Notes: generated by a model from the sequence alone, not told the origin. Shown: positions 1 to 13,351, numbered from the stretch's first letter. The stretch is 64,000 bases of DNA from Mobula hypostoma (GCF_963921235.1 NC_086097.1:183460001-183524000); one strand, 5' to 3'. Made by a program: numbers and translations.

Positions 1-185
1 TGCACGATGCTGTACCTAAGAAAATTGATGCAGTTTAAAGGCAAAGGGTGGTTATACCAAATATTGATTCAATTTAGTTTACTGCTCTTTATAGTATTTT
101 TGATAATGAGAAACTGTTCATTTAATTTTTGAAAGCATCTTCATTTTACAGTATTTTTTGTGCTTAAGATTTTTGTACAGTACTG
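1..185 (+). mobile_element. Tc1-like transposon right end
   Basis: Transposase C-terminal remnant (AKGGYTKY-stop) and terminal TTTTGTACAGTACTG followed by TA. Confidence 0.7.
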
Positions 186-505
186 TATACAACATAAAGA
201 GGGTCTTTCAACCCACCTCAACCATGCCAACTATGATGCCTATCTTTGCTAATTCCATTTGCCTATGCCTTTCCTATTAAACTGTCCAAATGCCTTTTAA
301 GTATTGCAATTTTATCTGACTACACTACTTCCTCTGTCAGCTTATTCATGATATTCACTACATTGACACTAAACATGAACAAAAACTTGGTTAACAAACA
401 GAAAGCAGTATACAGGTACAGGGGTGGGACCATTTATACGTTGGCAACCTGTGACCAGTGGGATACTATAGAAATCAATCCTAGGACATCACTGTTTGCA
501 ATATA

Positions 506-1015
506 CACTCAATGACCACAATCATGTGGCAGCAACTCGATGCAAAAAAGCATGCAGACATGGTCAAGTAGTTCAGTTGTTGTTCAAACCAAATGAGGAG
601 GAAATATGATCTAAGTGATTTTGAATGTCGAATTAATATTGGTGCCAGATGGGGTTGTTTGAGTATCTCAGGAACTGCTGATCTCCTGTGATTTTCATGC
701 ACAACGATCTCCAGAGTTTACAGAGAATGGTGCGAAAAACAAAAAAAAACATCCAGTGAGCGACAGTTCTGTGGGCAAAAAACACCTTGGTAATGAGAGA
801 GGTCACAGGAGAATGGCCAGACTGGTTCAAGCTGACAGGAAGGTTACAGTAACTCAAATAATTGCCTGTTACAACAGTAGTGAGCAGAAAATGAGCTGAA
901 TGCAGAATACATTGAACCTTGAAGTGGATGGGCTACAACAACAGGAGACCACCAACATACACTGAGTGGCCATTTTATAAGGCACAGGAGGCAACTAATA
1001 AAGTGGCCCTGAGTG
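506..1015 (+). mobile_element. Non-autonomous Tc1 derivative
   Basis: TA-CACTC...GAGTG-TA ends. HTH remnant (TADLL..TTISRVYREW..RRMARLVQADRK). Confidence 0.75.
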
Positions 1016-1019
1016 TATA

Positions 1020-1175
1020 TTAATATCTCAGAGGAATAAAGCAAATGGAATGTAATCAGTTTTTGTGGATAATATAAAAGGCAAGACATAAGGAGGATAA
1101 TCAGTTCAGAGATACTATGAGTGGGTGTAATATTGGCTGAATGGCCTAATTCTGCTCCTATGTCTTCTGGTCTAA
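1020..1175 (+). mobile_element. CR1 3' tail fragment
   Basis: GGCTGAATGGCCTAATTCTGCTCCTATGTCTT tail, similar to the CR1 end near 23300-23340. Confidence 0.6.
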
Positions 1176-1189
1176 CTAGATAATGAGAA

Positions 1190-2623
1190 TCCAATTAAAT
1201 AAACAACACACAAAAAAAAACCATTGCACTTTTTCCATTTATTTATTGATAAAAATGATCCAATATTACACGTATATGTTAGAAAAAGTGTGTGAACCTC
1301 TGGGGGTAATGCCTTCTGCAAAAGCTATTTGGAGTCAAGTGTTCCAATCTATCAGATGAGATTGGAGGTGTGGGTTGTAGAGGTCCCCTGCCCTATATTA
1401 GAAAAAAAGGCAGGTTACTGATACAGCCTGCTCTTCTCAAGAAAGATCTGTTTATGTGCACCATGTCTTGATCATAACAACTTTCAGAAAACCTTAGCAG
1501 AAAAATGATAGAGATGCATGAAGTTGGAAAAGGATACAAAAGCATTTCTAAAGATCTGAGTGTTCATCAGTCCACAGTAAGAGAAACTGTCTACAAATGG
1601 AGGAAATTAAGTACTGTTGCTACTCTCCCATGGAGTGGGCATCCTACAAAGATCACACCAAGAGCACGATGTGCAATGCTGAAGGAAGTGAAAAAAAAGA
1701 ACCCAACAGTAACAGCAAAAGACCTGAAAAATCTTTAGTACTTGCTAAAGTCTCAGTTCATGTGTCCACTATGAGAAAAACACTGAACAAGAATGGTTTT
1801 CATGGAAGGACATCACAAAGGAAACCACTGATCTCAAAAAAAAAATTGCTACACGTCTCAAGTTTGCAAAAGACCACCTGGATGTTCTACAACACCTCTA
1901 GGACAATGTTCTATAGACAGATAAGACAAAAGTTGAACTTTTTGGCAGAAATGCACATTGCTATGTTTGGAGGAAAAAGGGCACTGCACATCAGCACCAA
2001 AACCTCATCTCAACTGTGAAGCACGGTGGAAGGAGCATCATAGTTTGGGGCTGCTTTGCTGCCCCAGGGCCTGGACAGCTTGTAATTGTTGAGCAAACAA
2101 TGAATTCAAAATTGTATCAAGCCATTTTACAGGAGAATATCAGGGTAGCAGTCTGTCACATGAAGCTTAATAGAAGCTGGATATTGCAACAAAACAATGA
2201 TCTAAAAAACAAGAGTAAATCAACAGAATGGTTTAAAAAGAAGAAAGTTCGTGTTTTGGAATGGCCGAGTCAAAGTCTTGACCTTAATCCTATAGAAATA
2301 TTGTGGAAGGACCTGAAGCAAGTGGTTCATACAACAAAGCCCACCAACATCCCAGAGTTGAAGCAGTTTTGTAAGAAGGAATGGCCTAAAATTCCTCCAA
2401 GTCAATCTGCAGGACTGATCAACAATGGCCAGAAACATTTGGTAATATTGGATCATTTTTCTCAATAAATAAATGAACAGGTATAATGATTTTGTGTTAT
2501 TTATTTAACTGTGTTCTCTTTATCTAGTTTTAGGACTTGCATGAAGATCTGATCACATTTTAGGTCGTATTTACACAGAAATAGAGAAACTTCTACAGGG
2601 TGCACAACTTTCTAGTACCACTG
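1190..2623 (+). mobile_element. Tc1 transposon with frameshifted transposase (~1463-2450), left end truncated
   Basis: GKGYKSISK, VKHGGRSIIVWGCF and WPSQSLDLNPIE motifs. 1190-1268 is the inverted repeat of ~2443-2510. Ends CACTG|TA. Confidence 0.92.
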
Positions 2624-2629
2624 TATGTC

Positions 2630-3862
2630 ACCATATACAACCCTGAGATTCTTTTTCTTGCAGACATACTCAATAAACCCATAATAGAAAAATAACTATA
2701 ACAGAATCAATGAAATATCGAACCAAATGAGCATTCAACCAGTGAGGAAAAGACAACAAACTGTGCAAGTATAAAAAGAAATAATAATAAAAAAAATAAA
2801 TAAAACATAAATATAAAGAACATGGGATGAAGAGCCCTTGAAAGTGAGTCTATAGGTTGTAGGAATATTTCAGTGATGGGGCAAGTAAAGTTATTCCATT
2901 TGGTTCCAGAGCTTGATGGCTGAGGGGTAACAACTGTTCCTGAATTTGGTGGTCTGAGTCCTGAGGCTTCTGTACCTTTTTCCTGGTGGCAGCAGAGAAG
3001 AGAGCATTATCTGAGTGGTGGGGGTCCCTGATGATAGTTGCTGCTTTCCTGCGATAATGCTCCATGTAGATGTGTTCAGTGGTGGGGAGGGCTTTATCCG
3101 TGATGGACTGGCCAGTATCCTGTAATTTTTGTAGGATTTTCCATTCACAATCATTGGTGTTTCCATACCAGGCTGTAATGCAGCCAGTCATTATACTTTC
3201 CACCATATATCTATACAAGTCTGTCAAAGTTTTAGATATCATGCCAAATCTTCGAGAACTCCAAAGGAGGTACAGCCACTTGCATGCTAGGCCCAGGCCA
3301 GGTCGTCTGAAGTGATAACACTGAGGGATTCAAAGTTGCTGATCCTCTCCACCTCTGATACTCCAATGAGGACTGGCTCATGAATCTCTGGCTTCCTCCT
3401 CCTCAAGTCTACAATTAGCTCCTTGGTCTTGCTGACATTGAGTGAGAAGTTGTTGTTGCACTACTCAGCCAGTTTTTCAATCTCCCTCCTATGTGCTGAT
3501 TCATCACCACCTTTGATTCCGCCTAGGACACTGGTGTCATCAAACTTGAAAATGGCGTTGGAGCTCTGCTTAGCCACACAGTCTGAAGTGTAAAGCAAGT
3601 AGAGCAGTGGGGTAAGAGCAGAACCTTGTGGTGCACCTGTGCTGATCGATATTGTGGAGATGTTGTCGCCAATCTGAACTGACTGGAATCCGCAAGTGAG
3701 GAAATCAAGGATCCAATTGAACAAGGAAGTATTGAGGCCAAGGTCTTGAAGCTTATTGATTAGTGTTGAGCAGATGATAGTATTAAATTCCGAGCTGTAA
3801 TTGATAAAGGGCATCCTGAAGAGCTTTGCTGTCCAGATGTTCAGGGTTAAGTGAAGAGCCAA
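2630..3862 (-). mobile_element. Rex1/Babar-type LINE, 3' part
   Basis: LFNWILDFLT, STGAPQG, KF-DDT, ESIMTGCITAWYGN and LLPPGKRYRSLR motifs. Confidence 0.88.
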
Positions 3863-4099
3863 TGGGATACTCTCACTTGAATTGGGTACAGAAACATTAG
3901 GACTCTAAGTGCTAGATTGGGTAATAGCTTCCGCCCTCAAGCCGTGAGACTAATGAATATCCTGCCACCACTGCGGTCTTGTCACTAGAACAGCAAGCTT
4001 TTACTGTAGTGTTTACCTGTACTGTGCACGACATGCATATTATTTCTTTATGGTAATATATTGGTTTATGTGCTGTGTGTGATACCTGTTTTGTGGGGG

Positions 4100-5220
4100 C
4101 ATCCTGGTTGCTTTGGCAGTGCGCTTTGGGTCGTTGTCATGCTGAAAGCCAAACTTATTCCCCAGTTTAAGGTTTCTGGCAGAGGCTTGCAGGTTTTTAT
4201 CCAGGATCTCTCTGTATTTAGCAACATTCATCTGCCCATCAATCCTGACCAGATTTCCAGTCCCTGCCGTTGAAAAGCCTTCCTATAGCATGATGCTATC
4301 TCCGACATTCTTCACAGTCTTCACATTCTTCACAGGGATGTTATTACTTGGCTGATGCGCAGTTTTAGATTTATGCCTCACATACCACTTAGTGTTGAGG
4401 CCAAAAAGTTCCACTTCAGTCTCATCCAACCTCAACACCTTCTTCCACATCTTTACAGTATCTTAAAAGAGACACTTTGCAAAATTTTTTTGGGCAAGGA
4501 TATGTGTTTTTTTAAAAACGGCTTCTTCTTTGCCACTCTTCCATAAATATCCTTTTTGTGCAAGGACTTTTTGTGGAGCCACGAACTTAATCTCCAGGTG
4601 CAGCCACTGACTATTGCAGCTCACTCAGAGAGATTGTTAGCATCAAGTTACAAGTGCCTTTCTTACAAGTGCCATTCTTCTCCAGTGTCTTACTTTAGAG
4701 AGGCAGCCTGACCTTAGCAGTCCATTTTTTCACGACGGACTGCACTGAGCTCCAAGATACGTTCAGCGCCTTTGAGATGGTCTCTTCCCCAGATTTGTGC
4801 TTTTTTATTATCATTTCCCTGACTTGTCTTGAATACTCTTTTTCTTCATTTTGGTTTGGTCTGTTGAAAATACTGTTGGACCTTACAGAGAGGGGTATTT
4901 ACTCTTATCAATTCATTGAAAACAGGTGACCCTCCAATTTCCTACATCAACAAATTCGGTAAGGTGGAAGGTAATTGCACCCAAGGAAAGTTAGCGTAGT
5001 AATTACAAAGGGGATGAATATTTTTACAGCCTCACAATTTTGGTTTTTAATTTTTAGCAAATTGTTGACAGGTTTCAGAATTTTTCTTTTAATTTGGCAT
5101 GATGCATAATGTTTTGTAGATTAGCTAAAAAAAACCTACTTCAATATAGTTTAAATTTAGAAAATGAGACAGTAAAATGTAAAAATAGTTGCGGGGGCTG
5201 AATACTTTTTCAAGGCACAA
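4100..5220 (-). mobile_element. Tc1 transposon, 5' half
   Basis: KYREIL...FQHDNDPK motifs. TIR GGGGCTGAATACTTTTTCAAGGCAC at ~5194-5220. Confidence 0.85.
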
Positions 5221-5399
5221 TATAATCATGTGGAGATCTGATGTTTCTTACTTGGTAACCTGACTCATTGATATAGCTAATGTGCTACACAAAATACTCC
5301 ATATTTTGATTGAATTTGTGAATATTTTTAAATGGACTTTTCTTGAAGTCTTGTCAAGTGATTAACTTAAGAATCAAGCATATTACGATGGGACTGAAG

Positions 5400-7040
5400 A
5401 CATTGAATTGTCTTCAAATGGTCTGACATGACATTCAATTGGACCAAAACTGCCACCTCGAAACATTAAGAAATAACAGACAAAAATTTCTCAGACATCA
5501 GGGTGTTTATGTTAGGAGAGCTGATTCACAAACTCATCAAGCAATAGCAAGGTATAGTTGCACTCAAGATATTCATACCTCATACCTAACCACAATTTTC
5601 TCAGCCACATCCAGTCATGAATGTTGGTAGTTAATTAAACAGCTAAAATGAGAAGGAAGCTCCATGAACAAAGATCATCCTTAATCCTGAGGGAACTGAA
5701 CAATTGAGTAACAAATTCAAGCTAAAGTATTCCCAGCTCCATTCAGCAACATTGCATATGTAAATGATGCACCTTAGCTTTTTCGTAGATTGCAGTATTG
5801 CAGAAGTCAATCTTCGTCCAATTCAGTTCACTCCATATGATGTAAATAAATGGCTGATGGCAGTAGCTGCAACAAGGTGCTTGTCAATAATAACTTCTGT
5901 TTATTAATTTGTGTTTACTCACGCCACTTGGTCCCAGATATCAAAGCAAATGGCAGTCAAAGTACTGAATTCCAGATGTTAGGTGAGAATGATCACTTTT
6001 GTTGACAAAAAGAAGGGCAAAGGCTAGTTATGCTATGGTGAGTGACTTGTCCCTGACATCAAGATTTTTTGTCTATCTAGAGAGCACAAGTCAGGACAAT
6101 GACAGAATATCTTTTATTTGTTCTGATGGGCAGGACTACAATTCTCAAGAAGACCAACACCACATAGGACAAAGTTGCTAGCTTGATTTAACCAACATAC
6201 AGCAGTTGTAAGTGAGTACCATCTGCACAATGCACTGCAATTACTTTCCTGGTTTGGTCTGATTGGACCTTCCCAACATGTATTCTTTTATGGTAGAATT
6301 CATAAGGAACTTTATGGGAAAACCACCAGTAGCTGGATTCCCTCCAAGTGGCATACCATCCTGACTTGGAAATTTATTACCAATCCTTCATTATCAATGG
6401 GTCTAAATCCATGAACTCCATGCCCAACAATACAGCAGGCACAAGAAGGACTGCAATAGTTTAAGAAAGACTACCATCTTCCCAAGAGCAAATGGAGATG
6501 ATAAAAACTGACTTTGCTCATGATGTAGACTTGAAAACCAATAAAATAAAAATGCACAAATCATATGATTAGTGTCTCTCCATGAACAGGTGGAGGTTAG
6601 AAATCCTGTGGCGAGTGACTCAATTTGATATTCTAGAGCTATGCACTATTTACAAGGAACAAGTTTTGAAGTATCTCACGAATATCGTATGACACTTGAG
6701 AGGTTTAACATATCTCAAGTTAAGCAGTCCAGTTGATAAGTACAGCACCTCCACAGGCTAACCATTGCTGTTCTTGGTACCATCTACAAAATGTACTACA
6801 GTTATCTACGATACAACACTAGCATCACCTACAGTTTTCACTCCAAACTACATACTATTCTGACTTGGAACTATGTCATTGCTCCTTCAGCATTGCCAGC
6901 TCTAAATTGTGGAATCGCATACAACACTGCAGGAGTACCTTTCATCATAAGGATTACACCAGTTCACCACAATTTTTTTTTGAGGCTTTCAGTGGAGGGT
7001 ATGAAAATGCTAGACACTGTCCCGTAAATAAATAAATAAG
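5400..7040 (+). mobile_element. Old degenerate LINE fragments
   Basis: The CATxCTGACTTGGAA 3' segment occurs twice (~6350-6545 and ~6850-7040). The second ends in (TAAA)n near the U12 donor. Confidence 0.5.
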
Positions 7041-7051
7041 ACTATGGTATA

Positions 7052-7061
7052 TTAAGGATAC
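7052..7061 (-). promoter_or_regulatory. U12-type (minor spliceosome) 5' splice site
   Basis: GTATCCTTAA directly after exon 4 matches the U12 consensus RTATCCTT. Confidence 0.88.
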
Positions 7062-7163
7062 AACAATCTGACGATCAGAGGGATTCCTCAGACGCATCTT
7101 CTCAACGTGAGCTATTTGCTTTGATTCACGTTTTATAGCACCTGTAGCGATCTTGAGGTCTTC
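7062..7163 (-). CDS. CIBAR1: CIBAR1/FAM92A-like exon 4
   Basis: CTAACAG acceptor, 102 nt, EDLKIATGAIKRESKQIAHVEKMRLRNPSDRQIV (RNPSDR motif). Followed by GTATCCTT. Confidence 0.92.
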
Positions 7164-7564
7164 CTGTTAGAAAATTAAAAATATTAAACACTGACAATTT
7201 GGGAAAAATGGATAATAATTGAAATTCAAGTAATGTTTACAATAGAATACTCCATACATCATTTTCCAAATTAGTGCACATCTGTACTCAGTTCCTAAAA
7301 TAAACAAATTTAAAACAAAACATTCAATCTCTCACCAAATCCAGATTATAAACAGTTATCTCTACAACTAAACGTACCCGCAAAAGACAAGCACCTAAAG
7401 TTAGACATTTGCCTCCAAAAAGAAAATGCAGGAAATTTTCAACCGTTTATCACAACAATGCTGGCTTAAAGCAATTGGTGATATTTCCCCTATCCTATCC
7501 ATCTATTCTCCACCCTCTTTGAACTTAAAACTAAATTGTTTAATCCCACAGCTAATGATCTAAA

Positions 7565-7675
7565 ACAAGAGAAAATCTGCAACACACACAAAATGCCGGA
7601 GGAACTCAGCAGGCCAAGCAGCATCTATGGAAAAGAGTACGGTCGACATTTCCTCCAGCATTTTGTGTATTTTGC
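7565..7675. mobile_element. Penelope pLTR-derived short repeat
   Basis: ACACAAAATGCxGGAGGAACTCAGCAGGCC, similar to the ends of the Penelope copies at 13352 and 36080. Related fragments lie at ~10345-10440, 16500-16605, 32590-32705 and 42010-42085. Confidence 0.7.
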
Positions 7676-7718
7676 TACTGATGATCTGATAGGAGTGAAA
7701 TTAGAACAATAGAGTATA

Positions 7719-8292
7719 CAGTACCTTGTAAAAGTATTCAGCCCCTGACCCTTTGTTCACATAAATGATTATTATCCCTGGAGATCTTGATCACTCTACC
7801 TGAGAATTTTTATTTGTGAATCACATGCTTCCTTTTTCACATTAGAACCCCCAAAAACAGGGAAAATTGTAAAGCAGAAAAGCTGAAATGTCAGCAGTTC
7901 AAAAGTATTCATCCCCCCCTTGCTCAGTACTTAGTTGAATCATTTCTCACAGCTATTAGAGCCAGTAGTCTTTTTTGATAAGTCTCTATTAGCTTTGCAC
8001 ACATGATGGAGCAAGATTTGCCCATTCCTCCTCGCAAAATTGCACAACTTGTGCCAGGTTCATTGGGAAGCAGCGGTGGACAACAATCTTGAGGTCTTGC
8101 CAGAGTTGTTCAATTGGGTTAAGGTTAGAGCTCTGAATAGGCCACTCAAAGACATCAATTTTCTTCATTTGAAGCCACCCCATGGTTTCTCTGCTTTGGG
8201 TTATTGTCCTGTCCAGTTCCTCCCCAGTTTAAGCTTTCTCACAGAGGCTAGCAGGTTTTTTATCCAGGATCTCTGTATTTAGCAGCATTTAT
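7719..8292 (-). mobile_element. Tc1 transposon, 3' half
   Basis: TA|CAGTACCTTGTAAAAGTATTCAGCCCC TIR with an inner direct repeat near 7900. WPIQSSNLNPIE motif. Confidence 0.85.
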
Positions 8293-9624
8293 CAATCATC
8301 ATTTAAAATGCATGCTTACAGAAATATTTATGACAATGTAGAGATAAGAACACAAAGTATACATGCTTTTCAATCTATGTTTAAATGTACTTTTGCAAAG
8401 TAATTCCCTAATTTGGATTATTAACATTCCTAAGATATGCAGCTTTAACAGTTGCATAAGAAATTCTTAAAATATTCATTAATTCAACCAAAGGTTTATC
8501 CTGTTGCTATCAGATCATCAGACTATTTCCTGTATTTTCTGCTGTATTTCAGGTTTTCAGTACATGCAACATTTTATCATTGACATGTGTAACTAAGGGG
8601 TGGATGATTCTCTCAAAACCTTACTCTATAGTAGGTCTGGTCAAGCCTGCTGATTACACAAGAACAAATTTTCTCAAATCTAAAGCACTATATTGAAGAG
8701 TGGGAAGAGTCAATTATGTAATAGCAAGGAGCCATCTGGTGTCAGAATTAAGTAGTGCAAAGCGTTTTACATGATTATGCAAGTTCATTTAACTTGACGA
8801 GAAAGAATTACTTCACTGTAGTTCAGCAATGCTGATCCAAGCCAAATTGATTTATAATATTATATTTCTTCAAAAGCAGACAGACCTAAAGTTGAAAAGA
8901 TAATACTCCTGCAGAAATTGATAAACTTTCAAATCAAATGCAGCTCTCTGAGATCAGCATTCAAAGCAACAGTTTGACATGTCGAGGTTTTCTTCCAGTT
9001 ATCAACAATCTGACTTTATAAGGCACTTTCAGCGCATTAACATGTCAAGGTTGTTCTCTGGTGAGTTTAAAAAATAGGAAACACAAGAATGACTGGTTTA
9101 GCAAATTTGGAAAATAGGTTGTACTGTAATGTGCCAATTAGAATTTCTATGGAAAGGCAGCTCATCTTCCATCTTTTTTGTAATCTAGTGCTTAGAACAC
9201 TAAGCTAAACTTAAGCTAAGGGCCACCTGGTGTTGGCCATAGTTCTAGCTTTCCTGTTCTTATAATTGTCTGCTAAAAAAAAGTGCAGCAAATCGAGTGC
9301 TTTTTTAACCAACTTATTGATCTACATCTTTAATGATTTGTGGACATACAATCCAAGGTCCTTTTCTTCCACCTTACTCCTCATGATACACCACGTTCTC
9401 TTGCCTTTGTGTCCCTTCTCAACTTCATTGTTCTCGTATTTCTTGGATTAAATTCCACCTGCCTTTATATTGCCTGACTGGTCAAGCCATTTATAATTCA
9501 AACAGATGAGAACATTCCTCCTCTCTGTCAACCACGTGAACAATTTTATCTGCAATTTTTTTCATTATGCCTCCTATAGTCAGGATTAAATTATTTATAT
9601 CACAAAATCATAAATATCACAAGG

Positions 9625-9960
9625 GGCTCCAGAGTGGATCAGCTGGTAGAGCTGTTGTTTCACAGTTCCAGTCTTGATCCTGACTTTAAGTGATGTCTGT
9701 GTGGTTTGTATGTTCTCCCCGTGATTGTGCGTTTTTCTGGGTGCTCTAGTTTCCTTCCACAATGCTAACATGCACAGGTTGATATGTTATCAACTGCTGT
9801 AAATTGCCCCTAGTGTGTAAACGAGTGGCAGAATTGCAAAAGAAATGGATGGGAATGTTGGGAGAATAAAATGGACTAGAGTTGGATTAGTACAAAAATT
9901 CATGGTTGATGGTTGGTGTGGGCTTGGTGGGCTGAAGAGCCAATTTTCCAGCAGTACGAT
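9625..9960 (+). mobile_element. V-SINE (HE1-like) with CR1-type tail
   Basis: V-domain GTTCTCCCCGTG..GGGTGCTCTAGTTTCCTTCCAC. Related copies at ~24060-24310 (+), ~31470-31600 (-) and ~32090-32360 (-). Confidence 0.75.
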
Positions 9961-9968
9961 TATGACAT

Positions 9969-10320
9969 AGTAGGCAGCCGTCAATCTCAGAGAATCATGG
10001 GCTTGCGTCTCTGGTGGACTGTGTCCTCTCCAGGGCACAAGCCTGGGCGGGAAGATTTGAAGTACCGGCTGTTACCCATGCAGCTGGTTCTCCCTCTCCA
10101 TGACACCGATGTAATCCAAGGGAAGGGCAAGCGCCGATATAGCTTGGCACCAGTGTCATCAGAGGTTGCCAGAGTGATGTTGTAAACAACATCAAACTGC
10201 CTTAGGGACCCCAGCTCCAGATTTCTTCCCCAGGATTTACTCCTGAAACCTTTCCCATGGGTGGGTATGGCCGCAAGGTAGCAGAGGTTTAAAATCAGAG
10301 TTTTCCTCATCCTAGTCCTA
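9969..10320 (-). mobile_element. Non-autonomous RTE-derived element (5'UTR joined to 3' tail)
   Basis: TATGACAT duplicated at 9961 and 10321. RTE-like UTR motifs (recalled). No credible ORF. Confidence 0.6.
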
Positions 10321-10818
10321 TATGACATTGTCCTACAAAATACAAGCAACACACACAAACTGCTGGAGGAACTCAGCAGGCCAGGCGGCATCTGTGGAGA
10401 AGAGTACAGTTGACATTTCAGACTGAAAGCCTTCAGAAATACTACTGGTAACTGCATTACTATCACAAAAGCATCCATCAGATACCAGATCCATCTATCT
10501 TTATGTTAATTATGAGAAAAAAATCATGAAGCTTGTGCCAGATTTTACAATCTTTTAACTCAATTAAAGGGTTGTGCATCAGATATGATGTAGGAAAAGG
10601 AACCAGAACATTTTCTGTATATGAACTAGGGTAGTTAGTGTAAAGAAAATGTTACAAGTTTCTTTTTCATGTTTCTGCAAGTGACAATATTGTAATGAAA
10701 AGATATTTCTTGAAACTTTTCCAACTAAAAGTATATACCACTTGTTAGTTTAACATAACCACTCTTTCATTAAAGCTCCAAAAAGTCAGCATTAAAAAAG
10801 TGCTTTTGCAAGACTTAC

Positions 10819-10887
10819 CCTTTTCAACTTCGTAATAGAACCATATTTCTTCAAGGGCTCCACGACTTTAGCTTCTAGCCTTTCAAC
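10819..10887 (-). CDS. CIBAR1: CIBAR1/FAM92A-like exon 3
   Basis: TAG acceptor and AGG|GTAAGT donor, 69 nt, VERLEAKVVEPLKKYGSITKLKR. Too short to appear in the ORF track. Confidence 0.93.
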
Positions 10888-13351
10888 CTATACAATCAGA
10901 CAGTAAATTGAAAACTGCTAAAAAATAGTCAGTTAATAGAAGGAAATTTTTGAGGCAGTTTCACATATACGAGATCAGTGATCAAAGTAACTCAACTCAG
11001 CTTGGTAGTTATAGTCCTTTAATTGTAAAACTTCTGGTGAGACACTTTAAATTATTCAACAACATAATCATGCAGCACTTTTTGCTGTACCTCCCATAGA
11101 TTCTTTTATTGGGTTGCCTTTATCCACTGGTTAACAAATCTAAGTCTGCTTAAACCAAAAAAAAACTACGATGAGTTAAAAATAATGCAGTTCACAGAAA
11201 CTACATTGAACAATTTTCTAGTCAGCTTGTGAAGAAAGCAGCATGGTTGTGTAATGCTCTGCTTAAGATTTTAATGCTAATGTTGTCATATAATGTCTTT
11301 CTGTAGAAGCAATGTGCTCTGCTGGTAGTGTTTGGGTTATTGTTAAAGATGAGGGGTTGTGATGCTTAGGAATGCAGCATCATCCAATCCAGAGAACTCT
11401 GGCAGGAAGATTTATGTGACAGACACTGGTGGGGGGGGGGCGGGGGGGGTGGTCAAGGTCTTTTTGGCAGGAGCTGGGAGAAGACAGGAGAGAAGATAGC
11501 TGAGGATGCTGTTTCCGTTGCACAAGGTGCTTTGTGCAGATGAATGGCTTCAAGGAAGAAGCCTGTATGTTCGAGATGGATTTCAAGCAACATTTGGAAG
11601 GTGGTGTCTGCTTTCACGCAGACTGTGGGTTTAGCACACGAGTTAAAGACAACTTCAAGATGAGGTCCAACATATGTGCATATCTGAACTGGGTTAACTG
11701 TAATGGGCCCTTTTTATTTTTTCTTTTCTTTCCTACTAACTGTTTGATAAAGCTGAAATTTCTTTATAATTGTATGCAATGTACGAACTATTATTTCTTG
11801 CCGATGGGCAATTGTAAGTGGGCAGTATTTACACAGTATTCACTCAGAATGGGGTGTGGGTGGTTGAAACATCCCCACTCTTTGGGTCTGGTGGGACTGA
11901 GTCACATCGACCCTAGATATATGGAGTTCGATTTTCTCACCGCTGTTAGCGAGGGGGTAACCAGCCGTGCTTCTAGAGTCGCCCAGTAAAAAGGGATTTC
12001 ATTGTGGGGACTATCGTCTGCAATTTGATTTGCTAAATTCCGTATAATTGCTTTAAGGATTGATTAAATTGTTTGTGTGTTTCAGCTTGTTTTAAACTAT
12101 TGTCTGGGAAAGTGATTAAGGCATGTTATTATGTACACTGTAGAGATTAAGCATAGGTGCGATTCAAAGAGATTACCCACAACAAATGCTTGTGTTCTGA
12201 GTGGGATAGATATCCGCAGCCCAGATGAATTCTTGATTAGGGTTTTAAGAACCGTTAAAGTATCAAAGTTACTCTTGCTGAACGGCGTTTTGATCAACTG
12301 GTTGGTAAGGATGTTGTGTTAGTCTAGACTAGCAAGGATGTGATGGGAGTGGATCTGCCTGGTGTGACTGGAGCACCTGGTGAGACACGGCACTGGGCTG
12401 TCCGTACTTTTAGAGAAGAGGAGAGTATAGGTGAGGGTGCTGAATTAGAAGTTGAGTTTCCCAGAGCTGAGGATGGAGACTTTAAAGACAAGTTGCTCTT
12501 GTTTCTGCTGAGTGAGGGGAAGGCATTGTCTGATGTGAAAGGTCTAATGAGTCCCTCAGTGGTTGATTTAAATTCTGAGCTCGCTTTGGCTATTATATCA
12601 CTGGGTGATATATGCCAAAGTTATTTTAGGCTGGGAGTGTTCTCTGTGGTCAAGCCCACACCCGACGGCAAGAAGAACATGAGGCTTGGTTGTCTGTCGA
12701 TATTTTAAGGCTGAAGAAGCTGCTGCACTGTTTGTGCCACAAAGGGGGCATTCAACTGTCTGAGAGAAATTGCTTGAGGATGGAGCAAGTTGTGAAGGGT
12801 GTGCTGTCACATGACATGATTGGTCTACGTATTCGGATGACCCACAAGATGCGCCCTCCTTCAGCTTTTACCAAGTTACTCAGAGAAGTTAGGGAGGAGG
12901 AAAATGCAATGGAGGAGAGGGCAGCCTCCATCAGCAGGGCAAAGTCAACCCCTGATGCCACGCAAGCAGGGTTTTACAGGATATCGTGAAAGATCCAAGG
13001 ACCCAGGTATTTTGGATGATATCCATTGGTGCTGCCATCAAGCATGACAAGGCCAATAGGAAGATGGATCCACTGGTGGGATGTACCAAGTTGACGACTG
13101 CTACTGAGCAGAGTCCCTTGACTAGGGAAGTGACCGGTATTTTCTGTTACAACTGTGGAGAAGATGGATGTTTTAAGCAGGAGTGTGAAGGACAGGAAAA
13201 CCTTCAGAAAGTAAATCAGTGGTTAATCAAACAACAAAGAAAAGAGGTAAAAACAACGGAGGGACTCAGTAAAGGAACAGTTGGCATTTTGAAGAGGATA
13301 CATATCAGTGTATCAAGGGAAATAAGTACAAAACACTATTCCTGAACGTTT

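Noticed and set aside
6685..6730. Candidate Ser-Gln microexon (TCTCAA on the minus strand)
   Set aside because: It has no adjacent AG/AC acceptor, a weak donor and a poor U12 branch site.
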